DNA from: a virus
Taxonomy: Duplodnaviria; Caudoviricetes
Length of the DNA stretch: 58,221 nt
Direction: 5' to 3' (one strand)
IMG/VR virus record: IMGVR_UViG_3300010413_000034
Location: 1-58,221 of that record
Shown: positions 19,038 to 31,000 of the stretch, piece by piece
How positions within the stretch are numbered: the first letter of the stretch is position 1
Layout of the letters: each line of letters begins with the position of its first letter
The notes under the pieces: model-generated
Databases searched by the model: none
Seen by the model: the letters and a program-made list of their open reading frames with translations, nothing else
Told to the model about the DNA's origin: nothing
Translations under genes and position numbers: made by a program

Positions 19038-22000
19038 ACCTCCAAAGTTACAAATTTATTTATAGGATCTTCATTAATACCTATTACTAATCCCTTTTTA
19101 CCAGATGAGAAATCAAATCTAAAATGGGTTATTTTTATTATAGAACCCACATTTATAGTTAGTGGTACAGCTGTAGCCTGTACACTATATATAAATCTTT
19201 TTTGTTTTCTTAATTGAATTCTTCTATTTGCCTCATTTAAAGCATCTTGTTTATTATATAATAATGTTTCCTGTACCTCATCTTCTTCTAGTAAAGGATA
19301 CATATCATTTATATACGTAATTGGGTTGGCAACATTTACAATCTTATATTCTGATGTAATATTTTCTAGAACTTCTAATTCTTGTTCTACAACTATACCA
19401 GCAAGAGCTCCTTTATCTTGAACAGTCCAATTTTTCTTATAGCTTAATTTTATATTCTTTTTAGGAATTTCTATGTCAGATAAAGTTAATCCGTTTTCTA
19501 GAATTTGATCTTCTGGTAGTTCTAGACTATATGGTTGTGTAGCTGGATCTTTAAATTGAGTTAATTGTACCAAATTATTTGTTTTATTAAATCTTATGAA
19601 GGCACCTACAGAAGAAGATATTTTATTTAATAACTCTTTTACCTCTTCTTCATCCTCTATATATAAGCCCATTACACTTGTATTTGGAAACCCATTTACA
19701 CCATTTGGATCAAAACTATCTGGATCAAGATTATCTATCGTAACACTTGTTTTCTCTAATAGTAACCACTCAATTAAATGTGCTGCACTATGTAAAACTA
19801 AGGAATAAGGATAAACACCAGGGGAAGTTTCAGCTAAAGAAGATCTTGTGGATTGTCCAATAACATCACAAGTAATTTGTTGTCCTAAATCATGCACTAA
19901 TAATCTAAAACAACCTTTTGATAAATCAACTTCATAATCTCCTGCATCAACTATTGCACCATTAGATCTAACTTCTGTAATAGCTTGTATACTTCCATCA
20001 TGTATTTGATATACATGGTTATATGCATCAATTAATTTAGGAGAAATATTAAAACAATATCCTAAACAGATAGGTGCTGGCGTATTTACAATACTTTCTG
20101 GTATACTAACTATATCTGGATCAAAAACTACAGGAGGAACATCTTTAGTATCTGCAGTAAATGTACTTGATGCTAAAATATTCTCTACATAAGATAATGT
20201 TATAGTATTTGATTGTACGGATACTGAAAGTATCTGGTCTTTGTCCCTAACATCAATGGTTATTTTATCAACACTACTAGAAGTAAATTTATTTATTATA
20301 CCATCAAATATTAATATAAATTGTTCTTTTGTCCATAAAGGATCTCCCAGATATATTTTTAACGGATGGCCTTCCCAACCATATTTAAGAAGTTCATCCA
20401 AATCTCCTTCTGGATTTAATAATTCAATCGCTCCAATAGTAGAAGATAAATCTATTCTAGAAGAAACTTCCGGAATATCATTTACTATTTCATCATAATA
20501 TATACTATTTACTGTATTACCATAAATATCTATAAAAGAGTCGCCCTGTTTCAATATATATGGAAAAGTACCAAAATAACCTACAGAGGTTTCGGTACCA
20601 TTATGATATCCAGCCTCTACTAAAATAATTTTATTATTATCTGTTTCTAGCCAATCTTGATTACCTGTTTTTACTAGGCCTAATAAAGTTATGGTGAAGT
20701 CTACTATTATTCCGTCTTGTGTAACTCTTACCACTATAGTATCAGACCAATTAACACTAGTAGTAATTGTATAAGTAATTATTCCGGTATTTGGGTCTAT
20801 AATAGCACTTCCAAGAGCTGGTTGGGCTGTAATACTATATACTTGAGGGCCAGTTAGTGCACTATATACTAAATCTGCAGCATTTATAAGAATTTCTGTC
20901 TCTTCACCTGGGAGCGCACTTATAGACATTGTAACATCTGGAGCATATAGCTGGGGTTCTACAGTTATATAGATATTTCCATATACTGGAGGAGATAGTG
21001 GAAATCCATCACCATAAATTTCATAAGTTGCGGTAGCAATACCACTATCTATAGTAGGAGTAAAATCTACATCAGCACCATTATTTATAATATTAAATGA
21101 GCCACCAAATATATTACTTAATGCTCCAATACTATATGTAGCAGTAGTTTCTGTTAAAAATTCCTCTGTCGTTGTTTCTGTAATTTCTTCTTCTGTATAT
21201 GTTTCAGTAATAATTCTGTTAACATTTACTACAATGTCATTACTTAATGGAGATGGTATCAATACTTGAAGACCAGTACCGGCCCCTATAGTATAAGTAT
21301 CGTTTGTTACAATTATTTGTGAATTCGGATCTTCTTCATCTTCTAAATATACATTTATTGTTACTGTTGCACTACTAAACTCTGAACTTGCATCTACTAT
21401 TTCATAAGTAAAGCTATCTTGACCAATATAATCTGTGTCTGGTTGATATATTACATAATTTGAATTTCTTATTACGTACCCATGATTTGTTCTTACTTGT
21501 ATAGGCGTAGTTTGAACAACATTATTTAACTTATATATAGTTAAATTTGTACCTATATCATTATTTAATACAAAAATATTAGTTTTAGAATTTATAGTAC
21601 CATCATACTTTGCATTTTGTGGTATTGAAGCTATATCATTATTAGCTTGAATTCCACTAATTTGAACATTAACATTTAAGTTATTTCCATAAGCAAATCC
21701 ATCATAAACAGTCAATACAAAAGAGTCAAAAAAGTTGCTAGAATTATCATGTGTATATTCTATCCCTGAACTAGTTATAGAAAGAGAACCATGAGCAGGT
21801 GCCACACTTTGTGCATATACTAAAGTGTCGCCATCAGCATCTGCAGCCCAGGCACTTCCTGTACTTAAACCTGTAGGAATCGATAATCCGGTTTTAGGAT
21901 TTACAAAAGTACTTCCACCCTTGCTAGCTTTCAAAAATACATTAGAAGCTGGTACAGGTAAAGTATTTCCTAATGTTCCTGAAACCACTCCTGTAGCTGT

Positions 22001-25000
22001 ATTATTTAACGAATCTCTTAAAGTATAAGTATATGAATAACTTCCAACATTTGATCCTGGATCAAATAATATTGTAGAGCCATTTGTTGTAACAGTACAG
22101 TTTAATGTATTCCAACTACCTGTTGGCTGCTGTATTGTCACTGTTCCACCAGTAGGATTTGTAAAATAACCTAATGCTAAAATATCATGAGTTATTTGAG
22201 CACTATTATGCTTTACAATACCAAAATCCGCATCTCCATCAATAGTTGCCTGAGTAATTGTTATCCCAGTAGTTCCACCAGAGGCTTGTGTTATATTATA
22301 ATTATCTAATGTTAGCGCACTTGTTCCTATATTGGTAACATACCAACCAGTATATGGTAAATTACATATTTCTAAAGTACCACCAGTTCCACCACCCAAA
22401 CAATCTATATTAGTTGGACATTGCATCCATCCAGAAACTCCACCTACAGCATTTATTCTATCTAATACACTAGTTTGTTTCCACCAAGTGCCATTCCAAC
22501 AAGCGTGTGTAATTCCATGGGCTGGATCCATTACCCAATTCCATAGATCTTCTTCTGTATCATTATCTAATGCAGAAGCACTACCTATAGTACTTTGTAC
22601 CAGATCACCCACATAATTATCATAGATATAAAGTTGAAAAGGAGTTGGACTTCTGCCACCAAAATCTGTATGTAAATCCGCCTCTTTAATAGCTCCTCCA
22701 TTAGCAACCATATAATCTACTAATTCAGGAATTAGTGTTGAACTAGTTCCTGCATCATTAATAAAGTTACCTCCTAAAGCATACCAATGATTTGGAACTG
22801 CTGCAACGCCTGCATCTAATTGACGCTTTAACTGTGCAACATACCCTTCTGGACTATAATTTGGATCAGAAGGCTCGCAGCCAAAGCCTATAGAAGATTC
22901 TCCTCCCTGTAAACCCTCAAAAAACGGTTTTCCATTCATATGAGCACCTACAGCCTGTATAAGTGCTATATATCTATCCATTAAATTAGAGTTCCATAAA
23001 ACCGCGCAAATACCTCTAATTATACAAACCCCGTCTTTAGTTTTGTGTGTAACCCAATATCCACCGCCATAAGTTGGACTTTCTAAGTAAGTAGGTAATA
23101 CAGTATTATTTGGATTATTTTCCTCAAAATGCCTATCCCTTAGTTCTATAATAGAATATTTACCTTGTGCAGCTAAATAGTTATAATTTTCATCTAATTT
23201 TGTGAAATCATACGCTGTTCCAGCATCATTTTCTATTTCATTCCATGCAATTTCCCACATTACACCAATAACATTAGGTTCACTAAATATCCAAGCCCAA
23301 TCTTCCTTAATTTGATCTGTCCAAGCTTTTACATAATGACCTGGATGAAAACTTTGCGCACCAGCACCACCAGGAGGTTCGGGCTGTGAAAATGTTCCTA
23401 TAGAAATATCATCTATTAAAACTTTTCCTATATTATTAGTTGGATCCCAATCAACTTTTACATTTATTTGGCCAATAGGAATAGGTATAGTCCAAGGACC
23501 ACCTAGTTGTGTCCTTAAACCTCCTGCATCAAAATGATTGACAACAATTCTTCCATTACCACCATTTATTCTAACTTCTATAGCTTCTGCTGAAGATGCA
23601 TCAAAGTCTGTAATATTAGTTCTACATGGAAATATTTTTATAGTATTATTTAAATCATTTTTAAAATCTAAATCTACAGATAATACTCTATCTGTAGTAG
23701 CTTTTGAATTTATATATGCACCGACATCTGCTGCTGTATGTGTTACTCTATTTGCACTTACAACTACACTTCCTGTATCTGTAGTTGGCGAAGTTGCTAT
23801 TCTATTTTCCATATTTAATGGAATTATCGTATTTATTGGCTTTCCTGCTGCGATAAGAGCAGCATTACCATCCATAACATTACCATTTATATAACTTTTA
23901 ACCCAAGCAACAAAATTATAATCTCTATCATCTATACCTTGAACTATTTCCTGAGCTGTTATTCCTGGAAATTTGTTATTTGTTAGAGCGCTGACAGTAA
24001 CGCATCTAGCCATATGATTCTTTGGTGGTGTGCGATAATTTGAATCAAATATTAATTGAGCCGTGGTTCCATCAGTGGTAGGAAAAAAATCTGGTTCGTA
24101 TTGCCCACAACCAGCACTATAATAAGCCGGTATAATTATGCTCTCTAAATCATTTCCATGATTTGCACCTATCATAGTAGGAATTTTCGGTAGATATTCT
24201 ACTGAGGCATTATATACTCTTTCTTCTTGTCTATACTTTTCACCATTACTTACAGCAATATCAAAATCCGATGGGACTATACCCTTAAAACCCTCTGCAG
24301 ATTCTGCAGTTATTACACCTACAATAGTGTCTTCATTCTGATACTTAATAGAGAATTGCCTTAGTAATTCAATATATCTATCTTGCACAACAGGGTCCCA
24401 AAATCTTGCAATAAATCCATTTTTAGTGCAAGCAACCCCATAATACCCATTTGTAGTTATACTTGGTCTATCAAACTGATAATTATCACTGAATCCATAT
24501 TTTTGATTAGTTAATATATATCTTGGAATAGTTCCTACTGGTGTTGTTATGCTAAAATCTCTATTATTAAACGAAACTATTAATTTTTTATTATGTGGTT
24601 TTAAAAAATTAACAAATAAATCTATCAAAGACCAATCGTATACACCTTCAACATTGTCCTCAAAATTACCCCAAACACTATTCATTAATACACCATCTAA
24701 TTGATCTGTATATTCTGGATCAAAAATGAAAGAATATGCATCTGGTATATTATCATTATCTTGTTGCTTTATAAAATGACCAGGTTGCCAATTTAAGGTA
24801 ATTGGAGTAGTGGGTGTGCTCAGATTACTTGGTCTATCTGTATGAATAAACCAATTATTGTCTTCTAAAACAGGTATAATTCCAGTATAAAAATCCCAAT
24901 TTGGATCACCATCAAATTTAGTATTCCAAAAAATAACATTACAACTTAAACTATTTATTGCAACATCATATGCAACTGCAGGTCCTGCACTTGCGATCCT

Positions 25001-28000
25001 ATCGGCTCGCTGATTTTCTATTGCTAATGGTATTCTTCCAGCAAATTCTGGGTATAATTCATATGCTTGAGTTTTTGGTAGTCCATCACCATCTAAATAA
25101 GTATCAAATAAATCTGGGCCAGAAATTCCTCCTCCAATAGACTCCATATTTTCAAAAATAGATAACATTCCTGGTTCATCTGAGCTAATAAAATTAGCTA
25201 ATTGAAGTGCAGGAGTTTTTGGAAAATGAGATGCTAAAGACTTTTCTGTTTCTATTAACCCTGTTAAATATTCCTGCGGTGTAGGAGTAATATCTGCTGG
25301 TGGATTAGATAAAGCGGTTTCATCTAAAGAAATAAATGAAATTCTATCATCATTATCATATGCTTCACCTAAAGCTCTGAATAAATTATCTACTTTTTCT
25401 CTAACCCATGGCTTCCAAATAGCTACCGCTAATTTTGGATCTGGAGTAGAGCTACCACTTAAATAATAATATGCACCAGGATCATTAGGGTGATCAGGAT
25501 TTGGTGGAGATAGCCACACATTATCCATTGCATCGTATACACCTAACCAATCTGGAGCTGCAGTATATTCTAATTTACTAAAATTATGCTCTTTAATTCC
25601 AATCATTATTAGGCTTCTTTTACCATTACCGGTCTGCCATAAAGATTGTACATCTGCCTCTATTTCTGAAAAGTCAAAAACTCCCTCGGTTGGCTCTAAG
25701 TTTTTCCAGAAAAACTTTAATTTTGCACCAACAAATTGATCATATTGAGCAATTTTATTTTTTGCATCATTAGTTTCTCCTTGCATTACATAATGCCCAG
25801 GATACCATTTTTTAACTGTAGAACTAGTAGTTCCAACAGAAGCTTTCCACGAATTTCCAGACACAGATTCAATTTGGCCATTTAAATAGCCATTAGTTTC
25901 AAAAGTATCATTAACTAATGTAGCTCCCGTCCCTGTGCTAGCCTGACTTATATTTACAGATACTGTTGTAGTACTACTTAAATCATTAATAGAATCATAT
26001 GCAGTATATGTAAACCTAGCTTCTCCTATAAATCCTGCTAATGGTTCGAAGTCAACTACAGTATTATCACCAGCGTTAATTTTTGTATTTGTTTGATGAC
26101 ACCCTATTCCAGGAATTACAGAACTAACTATAAGCCCGGTAGGAGGACTAGAACCATTTATATCTATATCATTATCTAATACTGCTAATTGTAGTGGCCA
26201 GGTAGTATTGTTAGGGTATGCGTATACATTTGGTCTAGCTAATATTCCTTCTACTGTTGCTGCTTGCCATGCACCTATATTTAAATAATTAGATAGACGT
26301 ACAGGATCCCCCGAATTCCATGTAATCGGAGAATCTACATCTATTTGATTTGTGCTATAATTTATTGCTAATATATTTACTGGAGAATTATTTCCAATAG
26401 TTATTATATCTGGTTGTACAGTTATTCCATCCACGGATGAGATAATCCCGCCTGTAGATGCTCCTCCATCATGAAACCAAGAAGCATCTGCTACTGTAAT
26501 TTTTGTCCCTGTTCCAGAATTTACTGTATTTGTTTCTTCTTCTGCACTTAAATAAGCTGGAGATGAAGAACTTATTTCAAATGTGTCTAAGGTTACATTT
26601 ATAGATGGACTACCTACAGTTCCTGATGTTACCAAATATGGCGAAAGAGAATTAACAAATCCAGGAGTATCAGATTGTATATTTCCACTAACATTCGTTC
26701 CAAATGTTGTTTCTAAATTAGTAATAGTATCTACATCTGTTATAGAAAATGCAACTTCACAATTTGCTGGCAACAAATTGCTTATAATTTTATTATTCCC
26801 AAACTTATCTAACCCTGCATAGGTAATTAAATCAACTAAATATATAGGATAAGACTTATACGGAGAAGATGTTAAATTAGATCTTGCATTTAATGGGGAT
26901 AGTACTACATTATTAACTATATTATTTTTAAATATATTTCCCGTTTCTGCTATAGACCCTGGCTTGTTGTTAGCAAGAAGACCCCATCCAGATCCATTTA
27001 TATAAGCTATTGTGTTATGAGATATTCTCATATTAGTAGCTGGAGCTGAAGCTGCGGATCCGGTAGTAGAAGTTATAGCTTGTCCAGCTTTGTGATCGAA
27101 AACAACATTTCCTCTTGCTATAGTTTGATTTCCAGATAGTTTTAGCGCTTCTACGTCTGCATTATCTATACTTCTGGCAGTATGTTGTATTACATTTTTA
27201 ATAAATCTATTTCTAACACCTGTATTTGTTCCTCCTGCTGTTCCTGAGCTGCCTATGTCTGCCCCAAGATTACCAGCATAATCTCCAGCCAGTAATTCTC
27301 CTATAGCAGTACCTATATATTCCCAGTCATTCCTTATAGAATTTTCTAAAATAAAACAATCATGCCCTTTAATATCTATACATCTACTACCACCCCAATG
27401 TAAATTATTCTTATACAACACTAATCTTTTTGCTTCTGCTGCGGAATTAGAATATATATGCACTCCAGTATCTGTTAATGTAAGGTCTGGATTTGTAATT
27501 TTCCAATTACCAACATAAGATAAATCACAATATAAAAACTGGCAATCTGAGTGTGGACCAGTTTCATGTATAGAACCTATTACTGATCCACCAGTATTTG
27601 CATATACTAAATGCTTACCTATACAATTATTGGTATTTCCAAGTACAATATTAGCTTCTGGTAAATTTGATGAAGGAGCCAAAAATGTACCGTCTAATTT
27701 AATACCACTTACAGTAACAAAATCTAACCCACTAAAATCTATGCAAGGTTGTGGTGCAGATGAAAAATCAGGAAACGATGATTTATGTGTTCCAGTAACT
27801 TCTTCATCTGCCACCCCATCTAATACATTAGCAACTATTCTAATTCTTGTAGTATCACTAGTGCCGCTTTTTACTGGCTTAATTCTACTAGTAAAAGATC
27901 CAGTTAAAAGATAGGCTGTATCTCCTGGACTAATATTAGAATTCATTACTGCTATTGAACACGGATTTCCAGCGCTAGAACTATTCCAAGCTGCGGTTCC

Positions 28001-28027
28001 GTTTTGTGATACCCAATTTGTTGCCAT
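19028..28027 (-). CDS. giant tail-tip protein: beta-helix + 3 glycoside hydrolase-like barrels + Ig/cadherin-like repeats + C-terminal hub domain
   Basis: Directly follows the TMP. N-terminal parallel beta-helix (PGDTAYLLTG, NNI/HNTI ladders, NIGAWQ), three (W/F)xPGH(Y/F) barrels, Big_9-like repeats (ANND, YQPDTDYIGQDSFTY). C-terminal ~540 aa is hub-like (PICLGYCFNISP, YQIHDGSIQAITEVRSNG). Confidence 0.8.
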   Translation of the reverse strand: MATNWVSQNGTAAWNSSSAGNPCSIAVMNSNISPGDTAYLLTGSFTSRIKPVKSGTSDTTRIRIVANVLDGVADEEVTGTHKSSFPDFSSAPQPCIDFSGLDFVTVSGIKLDGTFLAPSSNLPEANIVLGNTNNCIGKHLVYANTGGSVIGSIHETGPHSDCQFLYCDLSYVGNWKITNPDLTLTDTGVHIYSNSAAEAKRLVLYKNNLHWGGSRCIDIKGHDCFILENSIRNDWEYIGTAIGELLAGDYAGNLGADIGSSGTAGGTNTGVRNRFIKNVIQHTARSIDNADVEALKLSGNQTIARGNVVFDHKAGQAITSTTGSAASAPATNMRISHNTIAYINGSGWGLLANNKPGSIAETGNIFKNNIVNNVVLSPLNARSNLTSSPYKSYPIYLVDLITYAGLDKFGNNKIISNLLPANCEVAFSITDVDTITNLETTFGTNVSGNIQSDTPGFVNSLSPYLVTSGTVGSPSINVTLDTFEISSSSPAYLSAEEETNTVNSGTGTKITVADASWFHDGGASTGGIISSVDGITVQPDIITIGNNSPVNILAINYSTNQIDVDSPITWNSGDPVRLSNYLNIGAWQAATVEGILARPNVYAYPNNTTWPLQLAVLDNDIDINGSSPPTGLIVSSVIPGIGCHQTNTKINAGDNTVVDFEPLAGFIGEARFTYTAYDSINDLSSTTTVSVNISQASTGTGATLVNDTFETNGYLNGQIESVSGNSWKASVGTTSSTVKKWYPGHYVMQGETNDAKNKIAQYDQFVGAKLKFFWKNLEPTEGVFDFSEIEADVQSLWQTGNGKRSLIMIGIKEHNFSKLEYTAAPDWLGVYDAMDNVWLSPPNPDHPNDPGAYYYLSGSSTPDPKLAVAIWKPWVREKVDNLFRALGEAYDNDDRISFISLDETALSNPPADITPTPQEYLTGLIETEKSLASHFPKTPALQLANFISSDEPGMLSIFENMESIGGGISGPDLFDTYLDGDGLPKTQAYELYPEFAGRIPLAIENQRADRIASAGPAVAYDVAINSLSCNVIFWNTKFDGDPNWDFYTGIIPVLEDNNWFIHTDRPSNLSTPTTPITLNWQPGHFIKQQDNDNIPDAYSFIFDPEYTDQLDGVLMNSVWGNFEDNVEGVYDWSLIDLFVNFLKPHNKKLIVSFNNRDFSITTPVGTIPRYILTNQKYGFSDNYQFDRPSITTNGYYGVACTKNGFIARFWDPVVQDRYIELLRQFSIKYQNEDTIVGVITAESAEGFKGIVPSDFDIAVSNGEKYRQEERVYNASVEYLPKIPTMIGANHGNDLESIIIPAYYSAGCGQYEPDFFPTTDGTTAQLIFDSNYRTPPKNHMARCVTVSALTNNKFPGITAQEIVQGIDDRDYNFVAWVKSYINGNVMDGNAALIAAGKPINTIIPLNMENRIATSPTTDTGSVVVSANRVTHTAADVGAYINSKATTDRVLSVDLDFKNDLNNTIKIFPCRTNITDFDASSAEAIEVRINGGNGRIVVNHFDAGGLRTQLGGPWTIPIPIGQINVKVDWDPTNNIGKVLIDDISIGTFSQPEPPGGAGAQSFHPGHYVKAWTDQIKEDWAWIFSEPNVIGVMWEIAWNEIENDAGTAYDFTKLDENYNYLAAQGKYSIIELRDRHFEENNPNNTVLPTYLESPTYGGGYWVTHKTKDGVCIIRGICAVLWNSNLMDRYIALIQAVGAHMNGKPFFEGLQGGESSIGFGCEPSDPNYSPEGYVAQLKRQLDAGVAAVPNHWYALGGNFINDAGTSSTLIPELVDYMVANGGAIKEADLHTDFGGRSPTPFQLYIYDNYVGDLVQSTIGSASALDNDTEEDLWNWVMDPAHGITHACWNGTWWKQTSVLDRINAVGGVSGWMQCPTNIDCLGGGTGGTLEICNLPYTGWYVTNIGTSALTLDNYNITQASGGTTGITITQATIDGDADFGIVKHNSAQITHDILALGYFTNPTGGTVTIQQPTGSWNTLNCTVTTNGSTILFDPGSNVGSYSYTYTLRDSLNNTATGVVSGTLGNTLPVPASNVFLKASKGGSTFVNPKTGLSIPTGLSTGSAWAADADGDTLVYAQSVAPAHGSLSITSSGIEYTHDNSSNFFDSFVLTVYDGFAYGNNLNVNVQISGIQANNDIASIPQNAKYDGTINSKTNIFVLNNDIGTNLTIYKLNNVVQTTPIQVRTNHGYVIRNSNYVIYQPDTDYIGQDSFTYEIVDASSEFSSATVTINVYLEDEEDPNSQIIVTNDTYTIGAGTGLQVLIPSPLSNDIVVNVNRIITETYTEEEITETTTEEFLTETTATYSIGALSNIFGGSFNIINNGADVDFTPTIDSGIATATYEIYGDGFPLSPPVYGNIYITVEPQLYAPDVTMSISALPGEETEILINAADLVYSALTGPQVYSITAQPALGSAIIDPNTGIITYTITTSVNWSDTIVVRVTQDGIIVDFTITLLGLVKTGNQDWLETDNNKIILVEAGYHNGTETSVGYFGTFPYILKQGDSFIDIYGNTVNSIYYDEIVNDIPEVSSRIDLSSTIGAIELLNPEGDLDELLKYGWEGHPLKIYLGDPLWTKEQFILIFDGIINKFTSSSVDKITIDVRDKDQILSVSVQSNTITLSYVENILASSTFTADTKDVPPVVFDPDIVSIPESIVNTPAPICLGYCFNISPKLIDAYNHVYQIHDGSIQAITEVRSNGAIVDAGDYEVDLSKGCFRLLVHDLGQQITCDVIGQSTRSSLAETSPGVYPYSLVLHSAAHLIEWLLLEKTSVTIDNLDPDSFDPNGVNGFPNTSVMGLYIEDEEEVKELLNKISSSVGAFIRFNKTNNLVQLTQFKDPATQPYSLELPEDQILENGLTLSDIEIPKKNIKLSYKKNWTVQDKGALAGIVVEQELEVLENITSEYKIVNVANPITYINDMYPLLEEDEVQETLLYNKQDALNEANRRIQLRKQKRFIYSVQATAVPLTINVGSIIKITHFRFDFSSGKKGLVIGINEDPINKFVTLEVWI

Positions 28028-28036
28028 TTTTTCCTC

Positions 28037-31000
28037 TTATAAAATTTTAGCTGTAGAAGCTAAAGGATTTCTAATTTTATTTCTATCTCTAGAAACCTGT
28101 ATTAATTCTTTTCCTTGGTCTAGTAAATCTTCCTGACTTACTGCGACCACATCGGTAAGAATCTTTATTGCATTTATAATATCTGAATTATCTGAATCAG
28201 TTGTCGTATTATTTGTTATATTAGTACTATTAGCAAGTACGGATTCCCCCGATCTAATACTTTCTGCCGTTTTTCTAGGAAGTATAGTTTCGCCTTTATG
28301 AATCATTGCTAACTGATCTGCATCTACTTCTTGGGTGCCAGAAGCAAATGAGTTTAGCCCTCTTAATACTTCTAGTATTGGAACCCATGTTGAATCATTC
28401 AAACTTTGTAATTTATCTGTTATAAAATCTAAATGAGGAATTAGTAATTCACTTAATTGTTCTATATCAGAAACTAAAGTTGCTTGCTGCTGTTCCTCTA
28501 ATACATAGAGTATTGAATCTAATACTTGCAATTTTTCAATTGTTTCTAGTTGTAATGTGGATAAAATATCTGTCTGCTCATTTATTGCAACGGCTTCCTC
28601 AGATAAATTTATTCTATCTAATAAAGATTCATCAACTTGTTTTAGTGCGTCTGTGACACTGACAAATAAATCTCTATAACCACTAATAGAGAAAAATTCT
28701 GAAGCTATATTTAATAAAGTTTCTGCACTACTTATAAGATTATCTGCAGCTGCTGCCGATATATCTGTATCAGTAGAAAATATACCATCAATATTTTCAT
28801 AAAATTGTCTTGAAGCTTCAGCTAATCTTTCTGAATTAGTTAAAGGAGATAAATCCCCAACTAAAAGTTCATCTAAAAACTCATTAATGCTATCAGATAG
28901 TTCTTTAAATCTATTTATAGTATTTTGTATTTCTTGTTGTTCTATATTATATCTTTCTATAACTGCATCTTTAAGTTCTAGTACTAGATCTATTTGTTCA
29001 GTTATATTGGTAGGTACGGAATCAAATATTGTAAATAAACCTTCGAAAGTATCTAAAAAGGTTTCTTCGTCTATTACATCATTTAAGTTGGAAAATACAG
29101 AAAAATCTATACCAGAAGCTATAGAGCCTAATCCAGTCTGTAAAGATTTGCTTAATTTTTCTAGTTTTATTCCTAAGAATATTACATCATTCCATTGATC
29201 AAATGAAGATAAAAATGAATTAGTTGCTTTCTGCAGATCTATAGTTGCACTTTTTATTTCATCTAGAGCTTCTTGATTATAATCTTTTATAATTTTTAAT
29301 CTTTCTAGCCCAAAAATTTTCTCAACTAGTGTAATATCTGCGCCTTCATCTATAGCTTCTTGAATTGCGTCTTGAAAATCAAATTCTAAAGCTAATAAAT
29401 CTAATTCTTTTCCTAATAAGCCAAATAATTCTATTTGTCTAGTATATTGTAAATTTAACTCCTCAGCTCTAGAAGTTAATTCTTCTGCTGTTTCTTCTGC
29501 TGCTTTTAATGCCGCCCCTAATTGAATAACAATAGCTAATAAATCTGCTCCAGAAGTATCTATTTCTCCAGTAGCTGTATTAACTCTAGCAGTAAATGTA
29601 TCTGTAGCTAAGGCTAAATCATAAAATGCTCTCAGACTTTCTGATGTATCATCTGCTAAAGTACTTAATAAATCTTCTCTTCCAGCATTGGCTAACTCGG
29701 TTCTTAATTCAGAAAAGCCGACACTTACAATTCCTCTAGCTCTTTCTAATGCTAATTCTGTTAGCTCTGCTTCAGAAAATATACTACTTGCGAAATCCTC
29801 AAATAATTGATCTAATTCATCAAAATCTTTAAAACTAGAAGTAAAGGCTTCTTGCCAAGATGCTAGTATTTCTAATTTTAGTTGCTCAGAACCAGTTACT
29901 TTAGCTACATCACTTAAATCAAGGTTTATACTACTAAAAATATCACTTATATTTAATGTTTGTTCTGTTAATCTAATTAAAGTATCTGTTAATTCTTCCC
30001 CGGCCTGCGAAAACTTGGTAAGAAATGGAAGCGCTGTACCAATTACTTCATTGCTTAAATTACTAAAGAATGCTGCTATAGCATCTGCTTGTTCTTCTGC
30101 AGATTTTCCAACTAAATCTATTCTTATTGGATCAATATTAATAGTACCTAAACTGCTAAATAATTCTACTAAATCTACCTCTACAGCAGATCCAAAAGAA
30201 GAAATTAGTCCTGTAATTACAGTAGTTGTATTATCTAATGAGCTTTGTAGCTCTCTAGCTACGTCTGCTGGTAAATCTTTAAATGACTCTTCTAATCTTA
30301 CTTTTGTTTTTGATCCTATCCCAAATACACCGCTTTTAGTTTTAGTAACCTGTAAAACTAAGAAAGCCCTAGCCTCTTCTGCAGAAGCTATTATTTCATC
30401 ACCAACAAAAGTTATAGCTGCACCTAATTCATATCCAGCACTAATAAGCTCTCTGGTTTTGCTAGTACTTCCTAGCCCAAAGAAATCTGAACTTCCTCCA
30501 GAATTAAAGGATACACCAAAGAAATCAGCAACATCTAAAGTTTCAAAACTACCACCCGCCTTAAAGGAAGCTGCACCTAAGCTCTTAAAAGTATTACTAA
30601 GTTCAATAATAGCTAATTGTAAATCTCTATTTGCACTAAATAGTTCAGTATCTATTTCAACTAAAGAATCTATAGAATCTACTAATGAATTAGTTTGTAA
30701 ATCAATTCCATATAGACCTTGAGTACCTATGTTCTCTCTATATCTATCTCCTGCGCCGGCTCCTGAGATTCCGGAACTTCCAAAAGATACACCTATTTGA
30801 CTAAGTAAGGCTGCCGCAGCTGATGCCATTGCTGCCATTCTAGCAAATGCAGAGAAAGGGTCTCCTTCTCCTTGGGTTAATACAGCATTAACAGCACTGA
30901 CTAAAGCTAATCCTGTCTGTGCAACTTTTAGTATTTCTGCAGCTTTAGATCCTTCTCCTAAAGCTTGTGCGATGGAACCCATTGCACCAGAGGCAAATTC

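Noticed and set aside
16972-28027. Diversity-generating retroelement targeting the fibres
   Set aside because: No reverse transcriptase, and no template/variable repeat pair noticed by eye.
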